A stretch of 64,000 nt of DNA, taken from positions 588,461 to 652,460 of the forward strand of contig NIVC01000260.1 in assembly GCA_002269645.1 (NCBI GenBank), read 5' to 3'. Numbering within the stretch: position 1 is the stretch's first letter; every line of letters begins with the position of its first letter. The notes beneath the pieces were generated by a model. The model saw nothing but the letters and a program-made list of their open reading frames with translations, had not been told where the DNA came from and searched no databases. This document shows positions 23,789 to 36,100 of this stretch, piece after piece. Source of the DNA: Macrostomum lignano. Taxonomy: Eukaryota. The position numbers and the translations under genes are program-made.

Positions 23789-26700
23789 CTATGGACGGAG
23801 GGTTGGCGCCGCCCAGGGAGGTCCCCCAGTGTCGCCAGCAGCTATGGTGCTCTCTGGAAAGGAGAGTTCAGCCCTGCGGGTGGCCCGAAGGTAGCGCATG
23901 AGCTGATTAAAGTTTTCGGGTTTGCACGCTTCAGTAATAGATGTGTGTGGCCCGAGGTAAGTGAGTCTGGCCCGCGTGAAGGCGGGACAGATGCTGACGA
24001 AATGCTCAGCGGTTTCGTCACCTGAGTTGCAGAAACTACAGGTGGCGTTGGTGGCGTTGCCCTGCAGGTACTGGTGCCTGGAGAAGCAGCCGTGACCAGA
24101 GAGGGTCATGGTGGCAGCCCGGATGTCTCTGCGCGAGAGGCGCAAGAGGAGCTTCCGGAGCTGGTGAGAGGGCTGAGGGACAGCGCCTCTGGATTGCCTG
24201 CAGTTCGTGCGGTTCGCCCAAGTCGAGCGGTGCTGAGTCCTGATCCACGCTTTGATGCGCGAGTCGATGACACAGCCAGGAATCGGGACAAGAGGTTCGG
24301 GGCCGAGAGAGGAGCCGGAGGCACCAACTTTTGCAAGGGTGTCAGCGAACTCATTTCCTCGGATCCCCACATGCCCCGGAACCCACTTAAGGGTAATTTT
24401 GTTGGCGGAACCCAACACATTGAGGAGTTTGATACAGTCAAGGACTGTAGCAGAGTTGGTGCTGCAGCCACTGATGGCGTGCAAGGCAGCTTGGCTGTCC
24501 GAATGGAAAATGATGTTCTTACCAGTAACGCCAGTGGCGAGAAGCTCTGCAGTGCAGGAGCTGATGGCCAGAACTTCATTTTGAAAACACTGGAGTTGAC
24601 CCCAGTGTATTGAGCGTGGGTAGCGATGACCCTCCCGTTCAGAAAGATTCCAACACCAAAGCCGGTGTTGGCTGACTGCTTAGAACCGTCGGTGTAGCAA
24701 TGAAGCTCACCAGGGTTCCAATGGTCATTGATGTTATCGCGCGAGTCGATAGCTACGGAGTAGCGCTGTCTCAGGTTGAGCGTTGAGGCAATGCCATCGG
24801 TGAAGACGCGATTGGCCTGACACTCGTTGAGAAAGTTGAGGCACAGATCGCTATGCGGGACAAGGTTCCGCTTAGCAGGTGCTCTCATGTAAATGAATTT
24901 GACGCCGGCATCAATTAGACGCCGCGTCGTTCTAGCCGCCTCACCCCTGATGAAGAGGTCAAGAGGCGGAAGATTAAGAAAGGCCCCCATGCCAGCAAAG
25001 GGCGTGGACCTGGTGGCGTTGCAGATGAGCCTACACGCTCTGCCTTGGATCGTGTTGAGCAGGTCTGCATGGCTTTTGACCTGGGTAGCGCTAACCCAGA
25101 CAACAGAGGCGTACGTAATGGCAGGTCTAACTACGGAAGTATAGATCCACCAAAGCCGCTTTGGGGATAGACCCCAAGAAGTGCCAAGTGCTCGTCGGAG
25201 CTGGGCCAGGATGGCTGAGGCACGCTTAGCTTTTGCTTTCACGTGGAAGGACCAGTTGAGCCGGTGGTCAAGTGTGACCCCGAGACATCTGGTCTGGTGC
25301 GCGAAGGCAATATCTCTGCCGTAGAGCTGCAGAGGACGTATGTTCCAGCGTAGTCTGCTGGTAAACATAATGGCAACGGTTTTGGGCTCAGAGAGTTCCA
25401 AACCATTGTCATTGGCCCAGGATTCTGCTTTGCGGATAAAGCTCTGCATCAGATCCCTGAGCGTGCTGGGAGACGGTCCTGCCACAATGGCCGTGACGTC
25501 ATCAGCATACCCGACTTTGAAGACGGGGTCAGGTCGGGAGTCACTCAGAAGAGCGTCCATGACCAGGTTCCAGAGCGTCGGGGTGAGGACTCCGCCTTGG
25601 GGTCCACCCTTACAGACTCTGGTGGAGGCAGTTTGCCCAAGAAGTTGGGCAGTGACCGTACGGTTGGAGATCATGTACATGATCCACCGTATGAGGGTAG
25701 CATGAGCTTTGCGATTTTGAAGGGCCCTCTGAAACGCTTCAAAGATAACGTTGTCGAAGGCGCCAACAATGTCAAGAAAGAGAGCCAGGGCGTAACCGTC
25801 ACCCAGTACCGCCCGTTCAATCTTTTCGACAATCGCATGCAGGGCGCTGTCAGTCGACCTCCCGGTACGGAAGGCGTGCTGATTATTGCTGAGGGGCATC
25901 GCTGTCAGCTCGCAGGAGAGCAGCCGCCAGAGAATAAGCCTCTCAGTGAGCTTAAGCATTGCTGACGTTAAGCTAATTGGCCGGAAGGCCTTGACGCTTT
26001 GGTAGTCACCCTTCCCAGGTTTGGGAATAAAGACTACTCGAGCTTCAGTCCAGCTTTTGGGAACGTATCCCAGCTGGATAGAGGCCCGCATAAGATTGCG
26101 GGTGAGTCTCAGGAACGAGGGTATCTTGGCTGCTTCACGAAGGAGAACAGGGTAGATACCATCAGGTCCAGGAGATTTGAAGGGTTTGAAGGTTCTGACC
26201 GCACGAGCGATTAGGTCTTCAGTGACAATGCCCGCCGCTAGGGTGGCTCCATCCATCGAATGGTTGGGCTCCGGTCTAGCAGTAGGTACCCTCGGGAAGA
26301 ATGTGCTAAGCATATGCTGAAGCACTTCTTCAGGGTCTTTAGTAAGAGAGCCATCATCTTTTTTGATCATGGCTAATTTGGACATTTTGTCCATTGTAAG
26401 GGCCTTGACAAGCCTAGAAGTAGGTCTGTCTTGATCCAATTCATTGCAGAATTGGCGCCACTTACATTCCTTGGCCTTGCGCACTTCAGATTTGAAATTG
26501 CGGGAGGCTTGCCGGAAAAGCTCCATGTCCTCCGGGTTTCCGGTCTTCATGGCACGGCGATGAAGGCTTTTGGCCTTCCGCCTGAGTTTCCCCAGCTCCG
26601 GGTTCCACCACGGCGCCGAGGTCTTGCCTCTGTAGGCGCGAGCAGGACAAGCCGCTTCGTAGGCTGCAATAATGCAACCTGTCAGCGTCTCAGCCATATG

Positions 26701-27528
26701 ATCCACATCCTCGCAGGTCTCAATCGGACGTAAGTCCGTGAGTTCCTGCAGGTGCAGATCAAGGGCAGCCTTGTAGGCCGCCCAATCAGTGTTGCGGATA
26801 TTGCGTCTCCAAGTGATCGGAGACTGGGTTTTAGTGTCCGCGATATTAAAGGCAATAAAGCAGTGGTCAGACAGGGAGGGCTCCTCAGACCAGACTCTCC
26901 ACTCCTTGACTCTGTCAAAGAGTCTTGGGGTAACGAGTGTGGCGTCGAGGACCTCGGTCCATCTGCCATTATTAAAGGTAGGAGTGCTGCCGCGGTTGCA
27001 GAGCATGAGGTTTGTGTTAGAGATGAGGGCCAGAAGCTCCTCTCCTCTAGTGTTGGTATCTTTGCTGCCCCAGTGCTTGTGGTGCGCGTTGAGGTCGCCC
27101 CCTAAGCACAGCTCAGCGTTCTGGGACTCGCAGTACTGCGCAAGGCGCAGTAAACTCTCGGGAGCAGGGTCTCTGTCGCCTGGGATATAAACCGAGGCAA
27201 CAAGACACGTACGCGGAGAGAAATGATTAGATTGGATGACGCAAAGGTCTCCATCAGAGAGATCAGTCCTCAGCCAAGCCTGGAGATGGCTAGCAGCGAG
27301 GATAGCCGCTCTAGGGCGGCTGTTCCCCGGGCCACACACATAAAAATCAGAGTAGCCAGAGGGAATGTTGGGCAACTTACCGTTGCGCATCCAGGGTTCC
27401 TGGATCAGGATGAGGCCTGGCCTGTACAGCTCAGCAATCTTCATCAGATTTACTGACGCAGATACGCAATGCTGTAAATTTATTTGCAGACAGAATGTCG
27501 CTCCTTTGGCAGCGTGGAGCTTAGTCAT
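23789..27528 (-). CDS. LINE ORF2: AP endonuclease + reverse transcriptase + RNase H + C-terminal CCHC; one 1-nt frameshift near 24585
   Basis: QINLQH, IQEPW, GGDLNAHH, SLSDH (APE). KSPGPDG, FRPISL, QGGVLTP, YADD (RT). YTDGS, SDSQAAL, WVPGH.G..GNE.AD (RNase H). CSFC...ETAEHF..IC. Confidence 0.92.
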
Positions 27529-27551
27529 ACTGTATTAAATGCAATATCTGG

Positions 27552-29071
27552 CTAGAGCCCAGGGTCATCAAGGAGACTTGGACAACAGATCGTCCTCGTC
27601 CCAGGCCGCTGGGGCTTGACTGGGAGATGGGAGTTGGTCGACGTCCATGGCCTCCTCACCCCCACCGGCCCCCCAGCAGACTCCTCAGGCTCCGATGACA
27701 GGATGGAGGAAGCTTCCTCACCTGCATCTTTACCTTCAGACCCCACCAAGGTGGCCGAGGAGAGCTCGGATTCCGAAGACCCGGCCTCGTCCTCAACTCC
27801 TTCTCCGACTGGCAGGTTTGGTTCCCGGGGCTCGGCCGGAGCCGTTACCGCGGTCGCCGAACTGCTGCTAGCAGAGGGGCGAGATGCAGCTTTGGCTTTG
27901 GGATCGGCTTGCGCCTTTCCTTGGGCCTTAGACTGCGCCCCGCTCTTGCCGGAGATGCCGGGGTTGGCAGTAGCCTTCCCTTTGGCAGACTTTCCTCGGC
28001 GCAACTTGAGCTTGAGGGCACCCAGCTGGAAAGAGGATCCATTAGGGTACCGACTCGCCCAAGTGCTGGAAAGGCCGAGGACAATTGAGTTGCCCGTCTC
28101 CCCCCTGCGGACTTTACGGTGATACACCAGTCCACTAGCAGGGAGGTCGGGGTTCAGACGCAGTAGGACCCGGCGAATAACGTCTGGTCCAGCTGCGGTG
28201 CTCTTAGCAGGGACGAAAACCACATAGGGTATCGTCTTTGGACGCTGGCCCTCGCGAAGAAAAAGAGCTCCACCAAGGTCAGCATCCAAGGAGACCGTCG
28301 GTAGCCGCTGGAGCAGCCGCCGAGCGTCCTCCTCGCTGCTAGGAGCAATAAGAACGAATGTGCTTCGCAGCACCATCCGCTCAACGCCGATGGAGATTCC
28401 CTCCTCGACAGTCAGCTCAACAGATAGGAGTCAACAGCACTCCACACTTTTTGAAGCTGATCAGTGGTCCAGTCCTGGTCGCGACCTTGGATGATCACTC
28501 CCGGGATTTTGGCCTTGGCCTTCGCCGCAAAGGTAGCTCCCGAAGGAACCTCCTTGTTGGCAGTGGCCATTTGTTGCGCCGTGGTTTCGGCCTCAGCAGC
28601 CGCGGCAGCAGCTCCAGGGAGCGCCGCCGCTGAACTACTGGAGCTTCCACCGGCCGGCCCGCCTGGTTGCCTTGGGACTCCAGTCGCTTCAGCATCCATG
28701 GTGGACGCCGCCGCTTTGGCCCCCGCAGCTCCCTTCTTGGCCTGCCTTTTGGCGCGTTGTTTAGCGCGTTTGCGCTCAAGCCGAGCCCGCTGAGCTTCAT
28801 CGGATCTGCCAGATTTGGCCGGTCCTTTAGGCTCAGAGCTCGCGGTTCCCTTAGATCCACCAGCGGAGCTGGCAGGTCTTAGGGTGTTTTGAGTTTGGTA
28901 GCTCTGGTCGGATCTGCCAGCAGAGCCAGCCGGTCCTTCCTTTGCCACAGTTGAATCAGTCGGTTGGGATCTGCCAGCAGGGCCGGCCGGTCCTTCGGAC
29001 TGAGGTTGGGGTTTAGAAGGGTCCCCATCCCTAGAAATAGCTTGTTTATCCATAGTCGGCTCGAAGGCCAT
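27552..29071 (-). CDS. LINE ORF1 (basic, low-complexity); one 1-nt frameshift near 28417
   Basis: The ORFs at 28412-29128 and 27552-28376 join as ...DSYLLELTVEEGISIGVERMVLRS if one G is restored. Position upstream of ORF2 fits ORF1. Confidence 0.75.
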
Positions 29072-29588
29072 GATAGAAGGTTGGTGGGCTACCCTCAAAG
29101 GGGCGCGGTACCCACCCGGCCGCTCCACCTGACCGGGCAGTAGGCCAATAGCACCCTCAAGGCTGGCCCGACACCAGGAGGGGGACCGCTTGCGACCGGA
29201 CTACTCCCCGGCCTTCCAGCCCATCGGCACGGTCAACACCTTAGGCATTAGAGAGTACGTTGAGCAGTACCACGGCCTGCAGGTTGGCGAGCCAGACCCG
29301 CATACCCAAATTCGGCCGAAGCCACTGGATAGGGTCGCCAGCGCCGGAGCCCAGTCTGTCCAGCAGCCCTAGGGACTGCCTTGAACACACGCGGGGACGA
29401 GTACCCTGGGTCGACTTGCGAGACAGCGTGGGGGGGGGGTCTGCGGCTGCCAGAGGCAAATAGAGGGTGCAGACCTCCCACCAGCCTTGACCTGCTGAAG
29501 ATAGGGGCAGGCGTGAAGCATCGCAGACCTTAGCCCATGGGCCTAGTCTGTCTCATACTTCACTGGCATGCTGAATACGCCTTCGCGT

Positions 29589-29702
29589 GCGCCATGAGGT
29601 GCACTGCAGCCGGCATGCGTGCGGCCAGCTGCAGACACATGCTGTACAACAGCAAGCTGAGAGCCTGCCGCCATGAAGCATATGAAGCACATGAGGCATA
29701 AG
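29589..29702 (+). pseudogene. 3' remnant of lectin copy 5, with terminal deletion
   Basis: Encodes AMRCTAAGMRAASCRHMLYNSKLRACR, then jumps to atgaagcata, which resembles the 3' flank of copy 6 at ~30989. Confidence 0.85.
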
Positions 29703-30102
29703 AGGGCTTAGCTCTATTAATATCAGGTGTCATCCATGTCTTGCTGGTATTTGAAATCAAGTTCCTAGGCCTCATGTTACTTTTTTAGTGCACGATCCCT
29801 TGTTAGACATCGGGTATGTTTCCCGTGACAACTACTACTATAGACAGCGACTGTCACCTTCAGAAATTCCAGTCGTCACGTACTGACGTACTGACGAACT
29901 CACGTACTGTATGCGAACCAAGGCAATGACTGAATGGTTCCTGGTCAATAACAGTTGGTTTGAAACTATTGATATTAATTGCTCCGAATTTTGGAAACGT
30001 GGCAATTAACCTAAACCGCTTCACTTGAAAACTACGTTCATGTAGACCAGCTAAGTGCCTACTTTATAACCGTAATACTAGGTAATTTATTGTTAGAATC
30101 AA

Positions 30103-30835
30103 ATGAAGTCTCTGCTGCTCCTCTGCATCCTGAGTTGTCAGCTGCTCTGGGCGTCAGCTCAGCCGTGCCCCGCTCCGTTCCGCCTTGAGGCCGGCAAATG
30201 CGTGTTCGTGAGCACAGTTCGAAACTATAGCTGGTGCTCAGCGAATCGGCAGTGCGCATCGATCGGAGGCGAGCTGCTCAACTCGCACAGCTCATTGAAG
30301 CTGCTAAGCAGCATGCCGAGTGTCAACTGCGGCTATTTGCTTTGGCTCGGCCTGACAGACCTGGCCGAGGAGAGAGGCAGGAGCAGGAGGGGCTGGCAGA
30401 GTCAACAGCAACGGAATCCTGCCACTGGACAATGCCCTGTGGGCTTCGGACGACCCTAACAACGAAGGCGGCAATCAGAACTGCATTACTCTGTCAGCTT
30501 CAGGCTTTCGAATGTTTTATCTGCACTGCTCAGGCCTGGCTGGATTTACCTGCGAGTTTGTCGGCGGACTGATATCGCAACCTCTGTCAAGCAGCTCATG
30601 GCGGTGGACTCCGTTCAAGCGCACCAGCTACAACCCCAGCTCCAAGTTCTGCCACGCTGACCTGCTGCAGGTGAAGAACGCCATGCACTGCGTGGCAGCC
30701 GGCATGCGTGCGGCCAGCTGCAGACACGTGCTGTACAACAGCAAGTTGAGAGCCTGCCGCCTGCTGTTGTTCACCGACGCTCAGGTGGAGGAGATGATCG
30801 AGACGAGAGCCGACTGGGTCAAGTTCAGCGTGTAG
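30103..30835 (+). CDS. C-type lectin + PAN gene copy 6; one frameshift near 30400 (pseudogene or assembly error)
   Basis: Signal peptide and CTLD in the first frame, then VNSNGILPLDNALWASDDPNNEGGNQNC...PAN in a second frame. cagagtcaac here versus cagagggtcaac in paralogs indicates a 2-nt deletion. Confidence 0.8.
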
Positions 30836-33196
30836 TGCAGACTCCCGATCACTATTTGGCCCATATAATCTCAATCTCGCCAATATGCTGAGAAAGCTGA
30901 GAAACACACTGCTACTGTCAAACAAGAACCCAGAGAATACAGTGGAAGAATTCTGTAGCAAATTTTTAGTTGCTGTGAAAACCGCGTATGAAGCATACAT
31001 ATATGCACATGCCTGCCAGGCAGCTGTTCAAACGTTCATCGCTAGATTGGTACCGGAAAGAAGCAGCTGTTGAGGAAAATGAGATGTCAGTCTACTGCAA
31101 AACTGAATACAGTGTAACTGACAAGCACTCACAGCTGAAGAGATGTAATAGGAGCGCTTTCGGCTGCATAGCAACTAAGTTTCACATTCGACAAAAAGTG
31201 ACAAATGACAATGAGAATGAGCAGATGGTAGAGCTAAAGGATAAATTCGCGTCAATTAAATGCGACCTATTTATATCCGTACTACTATCTGCTTCTATTG
31301 ATACATTTCATGAAATTTTCGTTAGAAAACGTGACGTCATACGTCTGTTGATTAACTTCGATTTTTCTGGGGCTAAATATATGAAATAAAAAGAAATCAA
31401 TATTTCTGTGAAAAGTAAAACTTCCACTGCATAAAAACTATATAAAATATAACAGTGTAACATGTTGACGTGCATGCTAAATTAAAGTAATGGTAATATT
31501 CACTGCGCCAGATCAAATGCAATCATTGATTTTGTGATGAAAAATGATTTTTCCCCTTCTCCCCACTGTATTTTTTTCAGGAAATCGACCAAAAAATTTA
31601 CACGATCTTTGAGTTTTACGTCCAAGGACTACACAAAATACTAGTTGTTTACGTCCTGTTATACTAAAGTGGTCCTTGTGACACATACGAGTGCGCAAAC
31701 ATATGTGACAGTGTAGTTCGTAGAAGTATGTGTACCGTATTTCCTTATCTCGCATTCATACCATACTACTTGTATTCTTTAATTTATTTTAACAATATTC
31801 TATACGTATTATTATCGCACTTATGTTACTGTAAAGTGCTTTGTTTTTGTTGTGGATGTTGGTCTTGTAGGTGTTTTTGTCGCCTCGTATATGTATTTAT
31901 TTTATTATTTGTATTTCATACATACCGTAATTTTTCTCGTAAAGTAGTTCTATCTATGTACATGTACTGACGTTATGGTATTCTTGCACGATACTCATTA
32001 ATTTGTACATGTACGTTGCGCATGGGGGGCTTGTCTGGCTTTTGGATTAGGGGTGTTGTTATCTTATTTGTTTACCTACCAATTAAATATACACTTGCAG
32101 TCAGCGGCCGCTCTCTCCCTTCGCACCCTCTGCTTCGCTTCTCGCTCTAGGCTCGCGAACCCCTTAGCTATCCGGCCTCCTTGCCTCAACTCTCCCGCCG
32201 CCTACCTCGGCCCACCAGCCAATGAATCCCGATCTTTGCAAGGCATAACGATTCAAAGTAACGCTAAGGGTGAAAGCGGCTTGCCGATCTGCTAAATCTA
32301 AATCGTGAACTATCCAATTAACCGCTACACAAATGGTCTTCCCGCCTTTATTCGTCACACATAATACACTAAGCCTCGTCAAAAATTAAAACGGGATCAC
32401 AGCTGATTGCTAAAACAAGGCTAAGACTACGTATCGCGCCGTTAAGTGTTGATTTTCAGAATTCTGACGCAAAAAACGCAAATTATACTACTATCTGAAA
32501 ATGAAGTAAGTAGTATACGAAAACGGTATCCTAAGCGTGATATGCGTATATGTAGTCATATATGTACATTAATCTCACATATGTACATTAATTCCATGTA
32601 CATTAATCCCTATCTATCTCAAATTGGATATGTACATTAATTCCATGTACATTAATCCCTATCTCAAATGTCCATGTCTATCCCCAATTCTATATGTACA
32701 CTTACATTAATCTACAGTGTCATCCCCAGCGCGCGCCGCCCAAAATTACATGTACAATACTACATGTACGCAGAGGCGAGAATTACTAATCTCATCTACT
32801 ACCAAATGAGTCAACTAACCGTGTAGCGTACATCATGTATAAGTATTTACAATGAAGATATATTTACATTTAATCAGTAGCATATTACAGGAATCAAGAC
32901 ATGTACAGCATCACCAGCAAATAGAATATACAGAAAATTTTACATTGTTTTTCAATAATTTTCTCTTCATAAATGATTTTAAACAGGTCTGACATGCAAA
33001 ATATGTACAATAGATTTTTACATTGGCAATTTCGCCACACACAATACAAAAATGCTCTATGTACATTGAATTATATACAGCAAATAGATTCTGATAAATA
33101 CAGTAGTATTACAATGCAAATTATGTACAATAAATAGATTTTACTAATTTAATATTGCAAAATGTACATTGAATTGTCAGTCACAACTAGAATACA

Positions 33197-36100
33197 TTAT
33201 TTATAGCCATAAGGCCTGCTGCAGGTCCCGTACACGCGTTTCGTCAGGACGCGCTGAAACGTCTTGTCCATACCAACAGTGTGTATGGTGCAAGACGCCT
33301 TGTCGCGCCTGAACTGAAACTGCGGCAGCTGCAGAGAACCGCCGTGTAGCAGGGCGTTGCGCAGGTCGTCGCTGCGTTCCCGAATCTCCGGAGTCAGGCG
33401 AATGCCCTTGCATTTCAGGACCTGGCTCCCGACACCGGCCGCATCCTCGACAATGTAAGTGTAGAGCTTGGGCCCTCCACTTACAAAGTCGGTCATCCGG
33501 CTGCCTGCGGACACCTCGTCGGTCCACATTCCGAGGCTCGTGCCATGGGGCGGCTCCCATTGGCCCTCGGAATGCCGGTAAACGACCCTGGGTATGGGGA
33601 GAGAGATAATTAGTTCCACATGCCAACTATTCAATTCTAAAAGAATTTTTCCAATGCAATACTTACGAGTCAGTGTCGCAGTAAATGGCCCGTTCGCCGA
33701 GCCCCTCCAAGGCCTCGTACAGGCGCAGCCGGGCCTGCGTGGTTGTAAAAACCCCGATTGGCACATTAGAGTAGCGAAACGGCCGCTGATTAAAGTAGCG
33801 GTGCCGGTACTCTAGCAGCATAAACTCGCTGCCAATCGGTTCGCAGGCCTTGACTTTGAGGTTGGGGTCTGTCAGCCGGGCGAGCCAGTCCTCGTAGCTG
33901 GATACTATTTCTGTCGATGTCAGGTCGTCACGCTGACAAAATTTACCCCAGAGCCTGTGTGTTGTGAAAAGAAGTGCTACTGTTAGTAGAAGAAAATCAT
34001 TTAAAAAAACAGAATTTATAATTACTTACGAATTCAAAAAGATTTTCGCTACAAAGCGAAGTCCTGGGTTGGGCTCGACCTTGTCCAGCGTGACGCCCTC
34101 CTTTGCAAAGAAATCGGCAATGTAGGCGGCCTTGTCTTCATCCGACATGCCGGGGGAGCCGCTCGACTCAGCCTTCAGCTTGAGGAAGGTGCTAACATAG
34201 TCACTGAACAGGCCGGTCCGCTTCTCTGTCCAGTAGGCTAGCGCGTGCACCATCTGCAGCCGGTAGCCCAACTGGAAGGCCTTCCGCAGCTCCGGCGTGG
34301 CCCAGGTACCAGTCAGTGCCCGCTGCTCGTCTGAGTGGTCGCAGCACTCGTCGCCGCACTGCTGCTCCATACAGGTGCGGCAAAGCCCAAAAAAAAGCTT
34401 CTTTTGCACTCTGTACGGCAGCAGCGGAATGTGCAAATTTGACGGCGGCAACACAGTCACCTTGGCAATACCAAAGTAACTAGCCAGCGCGTCAGAATCG
34501 AGCACTTGCGGCGTCGGATGCTGCACCGGGTGGCCAATCGGGTACGGGTCCTTTGACTGCACCGTCGGGTACAGAGAGACCTGCCAGTTGAAATAAAACA
34601 TTATTTTCATAAACTGTATTTTTGCAAAATATTCTACTATATTAGTAGTATCACTACTCACCACATCCCGATATTTGAGAGTCTCAGTCTCGCTGGCCAC
34701 AGCATGCGGGATAAAACACTCTACGCGGCCGCCATAGAGAGCATCTTCCATCTTGAGCGGAGCGCGCAGATGTGCAGTTGCGGCAATGAAATCGGCCTGC
34801 GACGCCAATACAGTGTCGTATTCGTGCTCCCAAATGACTCGAACACTGTAATTGTGCCGCTCCAACTCGCGAGTAAACCACTCGGTTTCGTGGCGAATGT
34901 GGCTCAGAGGCTGCCGTTTCAGTGGGTGGACAGCATCCTGATCGGCATGCACTGCTCGCAGCCATGGTAGAAACAGCCATGAAACTGCAAGACAGTGTTG
35001 CTCGCCTCATCAAAACCATCCACCTTGCGGCCAAGAATGACAGCCTCGCCGTCAGTCGAGTCGCAGGTGCGCAGCCGCCCGCCAAATTCGGTGGCATTCA
35101 AATAGGTCAGCCACTTGCGCGCCTTGAACGATTGCTGGTCGGCCTGCCGGGCAATCACGCCGACCGAGTTGGGCTCCATAAATCGGGTGGTGAAAACGGC
35201 CATTGCCAAACTGGCAATCGTATTGGCCTGTACAAATGGTTCCAGGCCGTCGCAAATGTCTCCAATTATTGCCCTGTACTTGATACAGCCCTCGCGAAGC
35301 AGGACTGTGTCGCTCAAACAATAATCGAGATATTCCCGATTAAAGTTGAACAACTCGCCCTGTCGCGAGGCTAGCCAAGCACAGATTGAGTCATAGTCCT
35401 TGTTTGCTTTGCCGCCATAATATTCAATAGCCGGGTAGGAGCCCACGTAGTTCCAATTAGCCGGCTTGTTAAACTCGTGGGGAAACGTCCCCTTGGCCAG
35501 CTTTGTGTCAGCGAGCCCCAGCGCTTTTGGGAATTGCGCAAGCGGGATTGGTATGAAATTTAACGAATCTTTGAATACCAATTTATCCACCGTCATGCTC
35601 ATTAGCCGGCTGCCCTGGAACAGTACTTGTGGCCGCTTCTTGGCCAGGCCGTTGAGTAGAGCGCCAAGCAGTAGAAACGAATCGTAGCCTGATGCATTGT
35701 GCGCTACAACAATGGCGCCGCCTCGGAAAGCTGTGCTCAGCCAGGCGAAAAATGCATTTAGCGAGGCCGGGCCCACAGACACAAAATCGGCCATTTGGCA
35801 GGCGCAGTCTGAGTGGCTGACGCAATTGGAGAATTCCTCCCCCAGATCGCGGCCAGTCAGACAATTGGCGGCGCTATGCAGGCCATTGCAGAGGCGGCAA
35901 GTCTCGCGCGGAAACGCCCGGCCGGAGCAGGTCTCGCAGCACGTGACGGCAGTCACCAGGTGCACGTGATGCTGCTTCTCATCGTCCGTGTATGTTTCCG
36001 TATCGTAGAACACGTACGGCATAGTCGAAGCTTTCACTTTGGGAGCCTTGACGAAGCACAAATGCGAGCCGGCCTCGTCGTACTGTTTACACAGTGGGCA

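Larger units (their letters stand above)
23692..29588 (-). mobile_element. Full-length non-LTR retrotransposon, APE-RT-RNaseH (R1/LOA-like)
   Basis: 14-bp TSD GCGCCATGAGGTGC (23678-23691 and 29589-29602). Short tandem 3' tail (TAAGTCAA)x2. Contains 5' UTR, ORF1 and ORF2. Confidence 0.93.
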
